A DNA stretch of 64,000 bases from Clostridiales bacterium (GCA_004558825.1 SFDB01000001.1:65479-129478); one strand, 5' to 3'. Positions 36,976 through 46,324 are shown, counted from the first letter of the stretch. Numbers and translations: made by a program. Notes: generated from the letters alone by a model not told the origin.

Positions 36976-38229
36976 TTATTTGAAGCTGTCGGCAAGCTTC
37001 TGCGTTCCCTTGCCCACGAATGCGGCGCAAAGCCTGTCGGCATCGAACACATACGGTATTATATCATTTATGTCGTCCATCGTCACGCCGTCGATTTTTC
37101 TTATAACATCGTCCGACGAATACAGCTTATTTCTAAGCAGCATCGCCTTACCGTTCGCCGACGAATGCGCCGACGTCCCTTCGAAGCCGATTATATAGCT
37201 GCCCTTCATCTGCTCTTTGCTGCGCTCGAGCTCATCGGGCGTTATGCCGCTGCGTTTTACATTTTCTATCTCGTTCATCAGCGCATCGAGAACCTTCGGC
37301 GCCTGCTTTTCGCTCGTACCCGCATACATGCCAAACGAACCCGTAGCCGAATACGACGACGTGAACGAATAGACGGAATACGCCATTCCACTATCCTCGC
37401 GGATATGCTGGAAAAGGCGCGAGCTCATGCTGCCGCCGAACGCATTGCTCAAAACTCCGAGCGGATACTGCCCCGCTTCGCCTACCGCGAAACCCGGCAG
37501 ACCCATGCAAATCTGAACTTGTCCGATATCCTTCTCTATAGCCTTAAACAGCCGTGCGCCGCGTTTTTCACCGTAAACCCTCGTGCTCCCGTCATGCGAC
37601 GGGCTTATGCGTCCGAAGCGCTCATTAAGCTCGTCCATAAGCTTTTCCCGTTCAAAGTTTCCCGCGCAGGAGATTACTATGTTATCGGGCGTATAACGCC
37701 TGTGCATATATCCGAGTATGCTTTCGCGCGTGAAGCTCTCAACCGTTTCCTCCTTGCCGAGTATCGGTCTTGCCAAAGGATCTCCCGCATACAACAGCCC
37801 GGCAAGCGTCTCTTGCACGAGATCCTCGGGTATATCGCCCGTCATATGTATCTCCTCGATAACCACGCCCTTTTCGCGCCCTATGTCATCGGGATCGAGC
37901 CGCGGATTCATTATCATATCGGCAAGCACGTCGACCGCAAGGTCAACATGCTCGTCAAGTATGTTTGCATAAAAGCATGTGCATTCCTTTGCCGTAAACG
38001 CGTTAAGGTTGCCTCCGACGGCGTCCATCTCCACCGCTATATCCTTCGCGCTGCGGCTGCTTGTCCCCTTAAAGAGCATGTGCTCTATGAAGTGAGTTAT
38101 GCCGTTTTCGCCGCTGTTCTCGTCGACAGAGCCGGCTTTTACCCACGCGCCTATCGCCACAGAGCGGCAGCCGTCCATCCGCTCCATGACGACGCGTATT
38201 CCGTTATCAAGTTTTTCAAGAGTTATCAT
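36976..38229 (-). CDS. M16 family (insulinase-like) zinc peptidase
   Basis: 417 aa. Inverted zinc motif HFIEHMLFKGT. Synteny pnp-deacetylase-M16 as in Bacillus pnpA-ylxY-mlpA. Confidence 0.85.
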   Translation of the reverse strand: MITLEKLDNGIRVVMERMDGCRSVAIGAWVKAGSVDENSGENGITHFIEHMLFKGTSSRSAKDIAVEMDAVGGNLNAFTAKECTCFYANILDEHVDLAVDVLADMIMNPRLDPDDIGREKGVVIEEIHMTGDIPEDLVQETLAGLLYAGDPLARPILGKEETVESFTRESILGYMHRRYTPDNIVISCAGNFEREKLMDELNERFGRISPSHDGSTRVYGEKRGARLFKAIEKDIGQVQICMGLPGFAVGEAGQYPLGVLSNAFGGSMSSRLFQHIREDSGMAYSVYSFTSSYSATGSFGMYAGTSEKQAPKVLDALMNEIENVKRSGITPDELERSKEQMKGSYIIGFEGTSAHSSANGKAMLLRNKLYSSDDVIRKIDGVTMDDINDIIPYVFDADRLCAAFVGKGTQKLADSFK

Positions 38230-38233
38230 TAAA

Positions 38234-38932
38234 TCAATTCGACCTTCCGATTAAATTCCCGGTTGTCACAGGCTCAATGCCTCTGCTTCTGAAGCAGTAT
38301 ATTATCGCCTTGAGCGCCTGAGCCGCCTGTTTTGTGGGTCTCATGAGTATTATGCTCCCCGACGGCGCATTTTCTGCGCGCTTAATTATTTGTTCGGCCG
38401 TATCCTGCGAACAGAGCAGGTCAAGCGTACACATGACGTGCGTTAAATCAAGCTTTTTACATGCACGCGATGACGTTGCGCTGCGCCTGTCGCCTGAATA
38501 GTATAGTTTTGGCCGTATCCCTGTTAGCGATTCCACAACGCTTACCGCCTCCGTCAGATCCTCAGTCACCCACGAAAGGTTGCCGTCATCGTAAGGCTCC
38601 ATGCCTATAATGCCGAGCTCATGGCCGAGCGACGCCATTCTCGTAAGCGTGGCGGGATTTTGCGATGCCCATTTGCCGCTTACCATAAACGTCGAGCGCA
38701 CGTTTTCTTCCTCGAGTATATCGAGTATCGGGTCAAGGCTTGAAGCGTTATAGCTTATCACCCATTGAAGCGATATACTTTCGTCCGTGTTCGCCTTGTA
38801 AATAGGGCTGGCGAATGTTTCGACAGCGAACGAATCCGGCTGCTTTGTTATCGCATACAGCGCGAATATCAACCCTACAAGCACTATGTTGACTATCGCC
38901 GAGGCCTGTCTTTCCATGCTGCGTTTCCCCAT
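38234..38932 (-). CDS. Polysaccharide deacetylase family protein (YlxY-like, sporulation-associated)
   Basis: 232 aa. N-terminal TM helix and a NodB-like core. Position between pnp and the M16 peptidase. Confidence 0.6.
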   Translation of the reverse strand: MGKRSMERQASAIVNIVLVGLIFALYAITKQPDSFAVETFASPIYKANTDESISLQWVISYNASSLDPILDILEEENVRSTFMVSGKWASQNPATLTRMASLGHELGIIGMEPYDDGNLSWVTEDLTEAVSVVESLTGIRPKLYYSGDRRSATSSRACKKLDLTHVMCTLDLLCSQDTAEQIIKRAENAPSGSIILMRPTKQAAQALKAIIYCFRSRGIEPVTTGNLIGRSN

Positions 38933-39044
38933 GAATACCTCCGAAATCGACTGATGCTATAAGGTATTCACGGCTGCGGCAGCATATGCTTTTCGGGTTT
39001 TTAATCACAGAGACAGGCGGCCGCCTGTCTCCGTAACTTGTCAA

Positions 39045-41138
39045 CTATCTCCTGTCGTCGGGCAGCAAACCTTTATGCGTCAGGTCTATCTTGCCGTCGG
39101 GCTTTATGTCTATTACCCTTACGAGTATCTCATCGCCCAGCGAAACGACGTCCTCCACCCTCTCAACGCGCTTGTTTGAAAGCTTCGAGATGTGTACAAG
39201 TCCCTTCTTGCCCGGCTTAATCTCTACCTGAGCGCCAATCGGCAGTATTGAAACCACCTTGCCGAGATAAACATCGCCTATCTCAATGTCCTTAACTATA
39301 GCCTCAATCATGCGCATAGCCTCCGCAGCGGCCTCCTGATCGGGAGAAGCAATAAACACGCGTCCGTCGTCCTCGATATCTATCTTGACGCCCGTGTCGG
39401 CAATAATCTTGTTAATCGTCTTGCCTCCCGTTCCGATAACCTCGCGTATCTTATCGGGGTTAATTGTGAACTGGAGTATTCTCGGAGCGTATGGCGACAG
39501 CTCTGCGCGCGGCGCGGAAAGCGTTTCAAGCATCTTTCCAAGTATGAAGAGCCTGCCCTCTCTTGCCTGTGCAAGAGCGCGCGTGAGTATCTCCTCGTTG
39601 ATGCCCTTAATCTTGATATCCATCTGTATGGCGGTGATGCCGTCCTTCGTTCCGGCAACCTTGAAATCCATATCGCCTAAAAAGTCCTCAAGACCTTGTA
39701 TATCGGTAAGAACGACTATCTTGCCTGTCTCGGGATCCTGTATAAGTCCCATCGCTACGCCTGCAACGGGCTTTTTAATGGGTACGCCCGCATCCATGAG
39801 CGCAAGCGTCGATGCGCATACCGACGCCTGAGATGTCGAGCCGTTTGAGCTTATTACCTCGGAAACAAGGCGTATCGCGTACGGGAAGTCGTCCTGATTC
39901 GGAAGCACAGGTACAAGTGAACGCTCCGCCAGCGCGCCGTGGCCTATCTCGCGCCTGCCGGGTCCGCGCATTACGCGCGTCTCGCCTACGCTGTAAGGCG
40001 GCATATTGTATTGATGCATATAGCGCTTGAACTCTTCCTCGCTTATGCCGTCAAGCGTCTGGCCGTCGCCCATTGCACCAAGCGTCGCCACCGTAAGCAC
40101 CTGCGTTTGGCCGCGCGTGAATACTGCGCTTCCGTGCGTCCTCGGAAGTATCCCAACCTCGCACCATATCGGACGTATCTGCTCATATGTACGGCCGTCC
40201 GGACGTATACCCTTGTTGATTATCTTTTCGCGTACGATTTCCTTTGTAAAGCCGTATAGAATGTTATCAATGTCCTTTGCGGAATCCGGGAACTCCTCGG
40301 CAAACTGAGCTATCGTGTCGTCCTTGACCTGCTGCGAACGCGCCTCGCGCTCCTTGCGGTCGAACGTGTCGAGCGCCCATTGCATGTTCTTAAACGCATA
40401 ATCCCTTACGCGCTCCGTCAGTATCTCGTCGGGCTTGTACACCTCGACCTCGCACTTGGGCTTGCCTATTTCCTTCGCAATCTCATCAATGAAGTCGACT
40501 ATGCGCTTGATTTCCTCATGCGCAAGCAGTATCGCCCTGAGCATTTCAGCTTCCGTAACCTCCTGCGCGCCCGCCTCGACCATCATAACGGCGTCGCGCG
40601 TTCCCGCAACTGTAAGCTGCATGCGGCTGAGCTCTCTTTGGAGGCTGTTGGGGTTAATTATGTATTCGCCGTCGACATAGCCTACGCTCACGGCGCCCGT
40701 TGGGCCCATGAACGGCGCCTCGCTTATGCTTAAAGCTATCGACGAGCCTATCATGGCAAGCACGTCCGGCTGCACGTCCTGCTCGACCGACATTACTGTA
40801 GCTATAACCTGAACATCGTTATAGAAGCCCTTCGGGAAAAGCGGGCGAAGCGGACGGTCGATAAGCCTTGACGTAAGCACGGCCTTTTCCGTCGGACGCC
40901 CTTCGCGCTTTATAAAGCCGCCCGGTATTTTGCCTACGGCATACATTTTTTCTTCAAATTCGCAGCTAAGCGGCAGAAAATCAACGCCGTCGCGCGCTGT
41001 TTTCGCCACCGTGGCACATACAAGCACCGCCGTGCCGCCGCATCTCACCATGCATGAGCCGCCGGCCTGTTCGGCATATTTGCCCGTTTCAACTATGAGC
41101 TCGCGGCCCGCAAGCTTCATCCTGAACTCTCTAAACAT
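39045..41138 (-). CDS. pnp: Polyribonucleotide nucleotidyltransferase (PNPase)
   Basis: 697 aa. Two RNase PH domains, KH ([10 protein letters not shown]) and S1 ([11 protein letters not shown]) domains. Confidence 0.97.
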   Translation of the reverse strand: MFREFRMKLAGRELIVETGKYAEQAGGSCMVRCGGTAVLVCATVAKTARDGVDFLPLSCEFEEKMYAVGKIPGGFIKREGRPTEKAVLTSRLIDRPLRPLFPKGFYNDVQVIATVMSVEQDVQPDVLAMIGSSIALSISEAPFMGPTGAVSVGYVDGEYIINPNSLQRELSRMQLTVAGTRDAVMMVEAGAQEVTEAEMLRAILLAHEEIKRIVDFIDEIAKEIGKPKCEVEVYKPDEILTERVRDYAFKNMQWALDTFDRKEREARSQQVKDDTIAQFAEEFPDSAKDIDNILYGFTKEIVREKIINKGIRPDGRTYEQIRPIWCEVGILPRTHGSAVFTRGQTQVLTVATLGAMGDGQTLDGISEEEFKRYMHQYNMPPYSVGETRVMRGPGRREIGHGALAERSLVPVLPNQDDFPYAIRLVSEVISSNGSTSQASVCASTLALMDAGVPIKKPVAGVAMGLIQDPETGKIVVLTDIQGLEDFLGDMDFKVAGTKDGITAIQMDIKIKGINEEILTRALAQAREGRLFILGKMLETLSAPRAELSPYAPRILQFTINPDKIREVIGTGGKTINKIIADTGVKIDIEDDGRVFIASPDQEAAAEAMRMIEAIVKDIEIGDVYLGKVVSILPIGAQVEIKPGKKGLVHISKLSNKRVERVEDVVSLGDEILVRVIDIKPDGKIDLTHKGLLPDDRR

Positions 41139-41253
41139 TATTCTTCTCCTTATAAAATATCATCATTATATTATAACACGCCGTTATTGGTTTGAAGCAA
41201 TATATTTTGACGCCGTATCACCCTTGGGGATACGGCGCCGACCGCGTTTTGAA

Positions 41254-42057
41254 TCAGTTCCTCTTTTTCCCGACGATAAGCACATGATTGCTCATGCCGA
41301 GCATTTCTTTTTTCTCGCAGCAATATATGTGATATCGCATATATTGTGCGTACTCTTCGTCGTCAAGCGCGTTAATTGTATCGGCCATAAGCTCGCTCGG
41401 TCCGTCGGAGGCGACCTCATGAATTATGCTTACGCCTTCGTTTTCAAGCATTTCGCGCATCCTGTCTATCGTGAAAAAAACAAACGGAAAATCCTCAACC
41501 TTGAATGTATCGTGATCGTATGAGTTTTCCTTGAAAAAGTGCGGCCGATGCGCAAGCTCCGTCAGCACTACCATATCGTTCGAAATAAAAGCGAAAAACG
41601 CAGTTCCGTCCGGTTTCATAACCCTGAGCGCTTCCCTTATGCATTTCGAGCGGTCTTCCGCGCGGCAGAGATGATAAAGCGGCCCGAGCATGAGCACCGT
41701 ATCGAATGTGCCGTCCTCAAACGCACTTAGGTCGCAAGCATTGCCGTGAATAAGGGTTATCGGCACGCCGTCCTCCAGCTTGCGCCTGAACGCCTTCACG
41801 TTGTTTTCCGCAAGCTCTACCGCAGTTACATCAAAGCCCTTTTTCGCAAAATACAGGCTGTATTCTCCCGCGCCCGCGCCGAGATCGAGTATCTTGCCGT
41901 CGGGCTTAAGGTAGCGCTCAATGTATTTCACACTCGTCAGGAACTCCACTCGCGCCGCCTTCGAGCGGTTCAGGCGCGTATCCTCATCGAACACCTCGTA
42001 TATGGCGTTCACCCGTTCGGTATCATTATCTATTCTTCTTATACTCTCTATATCCAT
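41254..42057 (-). CDS. Class I SAM-dependent methyltransferase
   Basis: 267 aa. Motif I ILDLGAGAGEYS. Confidence 0.75.
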   Translation of the reverse strand: MDIESIRRIDNDTERVNAIYEVFDEDTRLNRSKAARVEFLTSVKYIERYLKPDGKILDLGAGAGEYSLYFAKKGFDVTAVELAENNVKAFRRKLEDGVPITLIHGNACDLSAFEDGTFDTVLMLGPLYHLCRAEDRSKCIREALRVMKPDGTAFFAFISNDMVVLTELAHRPHFFKENSYDHDTFKVEDFPFVFFTIDRMREMLENEGVSIIHEVASDGPSELMADTINALDDEEYAQYMRYHIYCCEKKEMLGMSNHVLIVGKKRN

Positions 42058-42058
42058 A

Positions 42059-43093
42059 TTATTTCCCGGTGATGTAATTCAGAATCAGCTTTGCCGTCTC
42101 CATAACGCCGTCTATATGCGTACGCTCATAGCCGTGCGTTGCGCTCGTGCCGAAACCGAGCGCCGCGTGGCGCACATCATGCCCCGCCGCAAGAGCTGTG
42201 TCGCTGTCCGTTCCGTATGACGGCGTAAGCACGTCTATAACGAAATCTATGCCGTTTCTTTCGGCGCAGTCGCAAAGCTCGCGCAGCATTCCAAAGTGAT
42301 ACGGGAAACGCGAATCCTTTGCCACAAGCGATACCTTATGCTCGTCACCGGTCTGCTTCGGACCCGTGCACATGACATCAATCGATATTATATCCTTTGT
42401 GCCCTCGGGCAGCCATGAACCGCCGTGGCCTATCTCCTCATACATTGTGAATATCATCTTGACGTTTCTTGCAGGCGCTCTTCTCTCATCCTTCATTGCC
42501 TTCATAACGCCGAGCGACAGCGCAATCGCCATTTTATCATCGATATAGCGGCTTTTTATGTAGCCGTTAACAATGCTGCATCGCGGCTCAAGCGAAACTA
42601 TATCGCCAACAGCTATGCCGAGTCTTCGCACATCGTCAGCCGTGCTGACATCCTCATCAAGCACTATCACGATGTTTTTATCATAATCTGCGAGCGCATC
42701 GCGTTCATGCATAGGCGTGACATGTGTGCACGAATGCGTGCGCTGCACCGTTCCGGAGTATATACCGTTTTTTCGCGTGTTTATCCTTACGCATTCGCGC
42801 TCCGCGCAGTATGCATGCAATCCGCCTATATTCGTCACCTTCAGCGTTCCGTCGGAGTTTATATGACGCACCATAAGCCCTATCGTATCCGCATGCGACA
42901 TTATAACAAGCGAATCGCCTTCTCCGCCCATATCCGCTATCACGCCGCCTTTATGAAGGCACGACGTCTTATAGCCGAGTTTCGCGCACTCGTCGATAAG
43001 ATACTCCTGTATTTCCTCATAAAGCCCCGTAGTGCTGTCGATGGCTATAAGCTCTTTGAATTTGTCGATCATGTATCCGCTGTACTTATTCAT
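42059..43093 (-). CDS. M42 family metallo-aminopeptidase
   Basis: 344 aa. MSHADTIG and YEEIGHGG motifs typical of M42 (FrvX/PepA-like). Confidence 0.75.
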   Translation of the reverse strand: MNKYSGYMIDKFKELIAIDSTTGLYEEIQEYLIDECAKLGYKTSCLHKGGVIADMGGEGDSLVIMSHADTIGLMVRHINSDGTLKVTNIGGLHAYCAERECVRINTRKNGIYSGTVQRTHSCTHVTPMHERDALADYDKNIVIVLDEDVSTADDVRRLGIAVGDIVSLEPRCSIVNGYIKSRYIDDKMAIALSLGVMKAMKDERRAPARNVKMIFTMYEEIGHGGSWLPEGTKDIISIDVMCTGPKQTGDEHKVSLVAKDSRFPYHFGMLRELCDCAERNGIDFVIDVLTPSYGTDSDTALAAGHDVRHAALGFGTSATHGYERTHIDGVMETAKLILNYITGK

Positions 43094-43117
43094 TGTGCTC
43101 TCCTTGTTTTTTATTTA

Positions 43118-43147
43118 GTTTTACCATCTGTCCGCATAACATGTCAA
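43118..43147 (-). promoter_or_regulatory. Putative sigma-A promoter of the M42 peptidase gene
   Basis: Minus strand TTGACA, an 18-nt spacer and TAAAAC, then AAGGAGA RBS and ATG at 43093. Confidence 0.4.
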
Positions 43148-43308
43148 CGCCCCGCCCGCTTGAATGTCTCTCTGTTTTTTGCAGCCGGCATCAATCAGCT
43201 TCTTCAGTTCTAAAGCTACAGTCGTTTCCACCGTGCAGCATCGTAATTGCAACACGATTTGACCCGCTGAAACCGTTCACAAGCCGATATATGCAACATG
43301 GTAAGTAT

Positions 43309-43343
43309 ATAAAAGCGGAGGCATGCCTGTCGGCAGCCCCCGC
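43309..43343 (-). terminator. Intrinsic terminator downstream of the zinc-ribbon genes
   Basis: GCGGGGGCUGCCGACAGGCAUGCCUCCGC hairpin followed by UUUUAU, 67 nt after the stop at 43410. Confidence 0.7.
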
Positions 43344-43409
43344 AGCATCTGCAATCCGCATCAGAAAAGCTGCGTCCCTTACGCCGCAAATCCTACGGAT
43401 GTTTCAATA

Positions 43410-43916
43410 TTACTTTATAATTCTGAACTTGCCTATTATAGGCAGTTCTTTACAGCGGCCATGCGCAGCGTTTACAATTCCCAGAATAGTGAATACCACA
43501 AACAACGGTGCCGCAAGCCAGAAAAGCACAGTCATTACCAATCCAAGCCACCATGCTATCAGAGAGAAAAGCTTGACAACAATAAGAGCGGTAACTGCAT
43601 ATGCAGACTCCGCTATGGCAAGAACAAGCCCCTGGTTTGTATGGAAACGCGCGAATTTAGATTCCTTGGCAGCAAACAGCGGAACGAGCACAAGCCAGGA
43701 AATATATGCAAGTATCCCCATTGCTTTATTTTCCGAAATATCCGCCTCGTCGCTCTGTACGGGCTCCTGATACTGCGGCTGAGCATACTGTTGCTGCTGT
43801 TGCTGATACTGCTGTTCTGCTTCCGTGTTTGACGACGCATTTACAGCATTGCCGCACGATATGCAGAATTTTGCGTCTTCCGGAAGCTGAGCTCCGCAAT
43901 TACCACAAAATGCCAT
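43410..43916 (-). CDS. Zinc-ribbon / Gln-rich linker / DUF4870-like membrane protein
   Basis: 168 aa. CGNCG..16 aa..CISCG ribbon, a QQYQQQQQQYAQPQYQ linker and three TM helices. Confidence 0.6.
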   Translation of the reverse strand: MAFCGNCGAQLPEDAKFCISCGNAVNASSNTEAEQQYQQQQQQYAQPQYQEPVQSDEADISENKAMGILAYISWLVLVPLFAAKESKFARFHTNQGLVLAIAESAYAVTALIVVKLFSLIAWWLGLVMTVLFWLAAPLFVVFTILGIVNAAHGRCKELPIIGKFRIIK

Positions 43917-43953
43917 AATATAATACCTCCAATTTCAACAAGTATCTAAAGCT

Positions 43954-44379
43954 TTACATCAAATCGTACAACGTTTCGGTAAACGATACGCCCGCTAACA
44001 ACAATATCAGAAAAATAGTTATTCCGATGATATCAAATATCAATATCGAACGGGCGAAGCTTCGCCTGTTGATGTTGCTCGAGTTCGCCGAGAACACTAT
44101 TGTAAGTATAAAGCTCACAATCGGTATGCATGTAAGCAGCAGCGTCCAGCCGAAATATGCCCATGCACCCATCGGCGCATATTGGCTGCCGGGCGCAGGC
44201 CGTTCATAGCTGCCCGAGCACGTCCTGCACTGCTCCGCCGCAGGCTGCTGCATCGGCTGCGGCGTATACTGCGTCTGAGGCGGTATATTGCTCGGTATCT
44301 GTTTTATTACGCTTCCGCATGAAGGGCAATACTTCAGGTTTTCATCCACTTCCGCGCCGCAATTAGCACATATAATCAT
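43954..44379 (-). CDS. Zinc-ribbon / Pro-Gln linker / membrane protein
   Basis: 141 aa. CANCG..CPSCG ribbon, a PQ-rich linker and about three TM helices. Confidence 0.55.
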   Translation of the reverse strand: MIICANCGAEVDENLKYCPSCGSVIKQIPSNIPPQTQYTPQPMQQPAAEQCRTCSGSYERPAPGSQYAPMGAWAYFGWTLLLTCIPIVSFILTIVFSANSSNINRRSFARSILIFDIIGITIFLILLLAGVSFTETLYDLM

Positions 44380-44403
44380 TTTGAACCTCCCAAATTTTAC
44401 TTA

Positions 44404-45042
44404 TCAGTTAAGTTTTTGTCCGCATTCGCCGCAGAATCGCATACCCTGCCTGTGTTCGGCGCCGCAGCCCGGACAAATAAGCTTCTGCGGCGTTGAAAGC
44501 CTGGTTCCGCATTCCTGGCAAAACTTCATTCCTGCTGCGCATACATTACCGCAGTTAGGGCACACAGTGCCTTTGGCCGCAGGCTCCGGTGCGCTGATGC
44601 GCCTGCCGCACGCCATGCAGAAGTTTGTCCCCTCGGGATTCACCGTGCCGCAGTGTCCGCATGTTCTTGCAGCAAGTTTCGCTTCCTCTTCCGCCCTTCG
44701 CGCTTCCTCCGCCGCCCTGCGTTCTTCGTCCTCGCGCTTCGCCTTTTCCACAGACACCGTAATCCGTTCGGTCTCGCTGTCTATCTCTCCTATGCGCTGC
44801 GCAAGCTCAGGAAACTGCTCCGCTCCGAACTTCTCGTATGCGGCCTCGCCAAGCTCTTTGAGCGCCTCCTCGCGCTTGACCGACAGCGCGTCAAGCTCGG
44901 TCTGCGCAAATGCTGCATACTCCTCAAAATCGAAGTCCTCCGCACTTTGCGCTTCTTCGGCCGAGCAACCGTTCAAGCTTTCTTCCGCTATGCATACTCC
45001 CCCTTTCCTCGATTCGTCATGTCGATCTTTGCAGACATGCAC
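44404..45042 (-). CDS. Coiled-coil protein with three tandem C-terminal zinc ribbons (start uncertain)
   Basis: CGHCG..CMACG, CPNCG..CQECG and CPGCG..CGECG. Acidic and charged helical N-half. The only in-frame start is a GTG at 45042 with no SD. Confidence 0.5.
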   Translation of the reverse strand: MHVCKDRHDESRKGGVCIAEESLNGCSAEEAQSAEDFDFEEYAAFAQTELDALSVKREEALKELGEAAYEKFGAEQFPELAQRIGEIDSETERITVSVEKAKREDEERRAAEEARRAEEEAKLAARTCGHCGTVNPEGTNFCMACGRRISAPEPAAKGTVCPNCGNVCAAGMKFCQECGTRLSTPQKLICPGCGAEHRQGMRFCGECGQKLN

Positions 45043-45048
45043 ACATTG

Positions 45049-45077
45049 ATTATATAAAATCCGTCTGTGTTTTGCAA
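45049..45077 (-). promoter_or_regulatory. Near-consensus sigma-A promoter
   Basis: Minus strand TTGCAA (45077-45072), a 17-nt spacer and TATAAT (45054-45049). The -10 ends 6 nt before the GTG at 45042. Confidence 0.6.
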
Positions 45078-45146
45078 TACGGCAGGCGTAAACAATTCAG
45101 ACGAGTTCAGCATACATAGTAATATATGAAAACAAAGGGCGGTGAA

Positions 45147-45362
45147 ATGATGCCTTTCTTTAATATTCGTTCCGTTTTGTGCCGTCGGCGCGCAAGGCTC
45201 CGCAGGTGTTCGCGCGGAAGTAGCGACGCCGCCATCGCAGTAGTCGTGCTCGTGCCGCTCATCGCGCTCATAATCGGACTTATTTGCGCTCCGCCGTGGC
45301 TCATCGTAATAATCGTGCTTGTGTGCGTTATACTGCTGTTTTTGCTCTGCCGCAGACGCTGA
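45147..45362 (+). CDS. Possible small Arg-rich / two-TM hydrophobic protein (71 aa)
   Basis: MMPFFNIRSVLCRRRARLRR..AIAVVVLVPLIALIIGLICAPPWLIVIIVLVCVILLFLLCRRR. Weak SD (AAGGGCGG). TTCAGA-18-TAATAT lies upstream. Could be spurious. Confidence 0.3.
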   Translation: MMPFFNIRSVLCRRRARLRRCSRGSSDAAIAVVVLVPLIALIIGLICAPPWLIVIIVLVCVILLFLLCRRR

Positions 45363-45365
45363 TGC

Positions 45366-45402
45366 AAACAAAAAGGAGCCGCCGACATATGTCGCAGCTC
45401 CG
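45366..45402 (-). terminator. Intrinsic terminator after rpmB
   Basis: GGAGCUGCGACAUAUGUCGGCGGCUCC hairpin followed by UUUUUGUUUG. Confidence 0.75.
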
Positions 45403-45421
45403 AATTGTCGCAATAACGCAA

Positions 45422-45613
45422 TCAGATAACGCGCTCAACCTTGTTGGAACGAAGGCAGCGAGTGCAAACGTTCATCTTGCGGGGGGTACCGTTTACCATT
45501 ACGGTAACCTTCTGTATATTGGGAGCCCATGATGTCCTCTGCTTCCTGTTGGAATGGCTCACCAAATTACCGGACATAACGCCCTTTTTGCAAATTTCGC
45601 AAAACTTACTCAT
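45422..45613 (-). CDS. rpmB: 50S ribosomal protein L28
   Basis: 63 aa. MSKFCEICKKGVMSGNLVSHSNRKQRTSWAPN is the L28 signature. Confidence 0.95.
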   Translation of the reverse strand: MSKFCEICKKGVMSGNLVSHSNRKQRTSWAPNIQKVTVMVNGTPRKMNVCTRCLRSNKVERVI

Positions 45614-45660
45614 TCTTTACACCTCCTTGCCACCTTGCAGCAGTTTTAGCAAACATGGTT

Positions 45661-45689
45661 ATTATAATACCTTGACCGTTCCAATGCAA
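45661..45689 (-). promoter_or_regulatory. Sigma-A promoter of rpmB
   Basis: Minus strand TTGCAT, a 17-nt spacer and TATAAT. About 45 nt leader with an AAGGAGG RBS. Confidence 0.65.
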
Positions 45690-45734
45690 GTGCGATTTGC
45701 GGATATATTATTCGTTTTGCAAAATATTTCCTCC

Positions 45735-46010
45735 TCACTTCTTTTTCACGGGTATCCAAATCTCACTGTAATAGTTTTCGTCATCCATGCCTTTCTCAAA
45801 TTCGCGCGTCGTCGTATGCACCCATCCTCCGTCACGCCGAAAAGCATATTAAACCGCGCCGTAAGCAGTACGCCAAAGAGCAAAATGCTTCGCCAACGTG
45901 TCCGCAATAAACCCGTTCATTATTCTCGCCTTGATATACCTCGATCGTTTCGCCGATGTATTCCGTCCGTCCCATCTGTCATACCTTCTTTGAACGATTC
46001 AACTCTATCA
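45735..46010 (-). pseudogene. Possible decayed gene (GyrI-like effector-binding-domain C-terminus interrupted by an in-frame TAA and frameshifts)
   Basis: One frame reads MNGFIADTLAKHFALWRTAYGAV-TAA-YAFRRDGGWVHTTTREFEKGMDDENYYSEIWIPVKKK-stop. The upstream part is split over other frames. No intact ORF of 60 aa or more is consistent with it. Confidence 0.3.
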
Positions 46011-46073
46011 TTTTGTATCATGCGGCGCACGACATATAATGCTGTCTTTTGTCCGAAACGGCGAGTGGCTTGA

Positions 46074-46122
46074 CAAAAACAAAGCAAGCCTCGAAAAAGC
46101 TCTGTTTTCAAGACCTGCTTGC
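46074..46122 (-). terminator. Intrinsic terminator after tRNA-Lys(CTT)
   Basis: GCAAGC..CUUGAAAA-loop-UUUUCGAG..GCUUGC two-part stem followed by UUUGUUUUUG. Confidence 0.6.
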
Positions 46123-46123
46123 A

Positions 46124-46200
46124 TGGTACCCCCTCAGGGACTCGAACCCTGGACACCCTGATTAAGAGTCAGGTGCTCTAGCCAACTGAGCTAAGGAGGC
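46124..46200 (-). tRNA. tRNA-Lys(CTT)
   Basis: Cloverleaf by hand. Anticodon arm CCUGA-CUCUUAA-UCAGG, T-arm GGUUCGAGUCC, encoded CCA. Confidence 0.9.
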
Positions 46201-46290
46201 ACGTCATTTAGGAAGCATTCTGCCGTTAATTCAAAGGCTCATCGCCGCATCGATTTCTTCGCGCGGCTTCGATTCCCCGCTTTCGCTTCC

Positions 46291-46324
46291 AAACTAAAGC
46301 CCATAATTCTTATGGGCTTTAGTT
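46291..46324 (-). terminator. Perfect hairpin between tRNA-Gly(TCC) and tRNA-Lys(CTT)
   Basis: AAACUAAAGCCCAUAA-GAA-UUAUGGGCUUUAGUUU, a 16-bp perfect stem whose 3' arm ends in a U-rich run. Confidence 0.5.

Noticed and set aside
43093-43832. Plus-strand ORFs of 225 and 169 aa across the M42/zinc-ribbon intergenic region.
   Set aside because: They run antisense to the zinc-ribbon/DUF4870 gene and through a terminator hairpin and promoter. They have no RBS and no motifs. The roughly 160 bp at 43150..43310 remains unassigned, but I found no convincing RNA motif or ORF there.
45441-46073. 210-aa plus-strand ORF spanning rpmB and the upstream gap.
   Set aside because: It overlaps ribosomal protein L28 on the opposite strand and its promoter. 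The translation has no features. The region is better explained by rpmB plus a decayed minus-strand gene.
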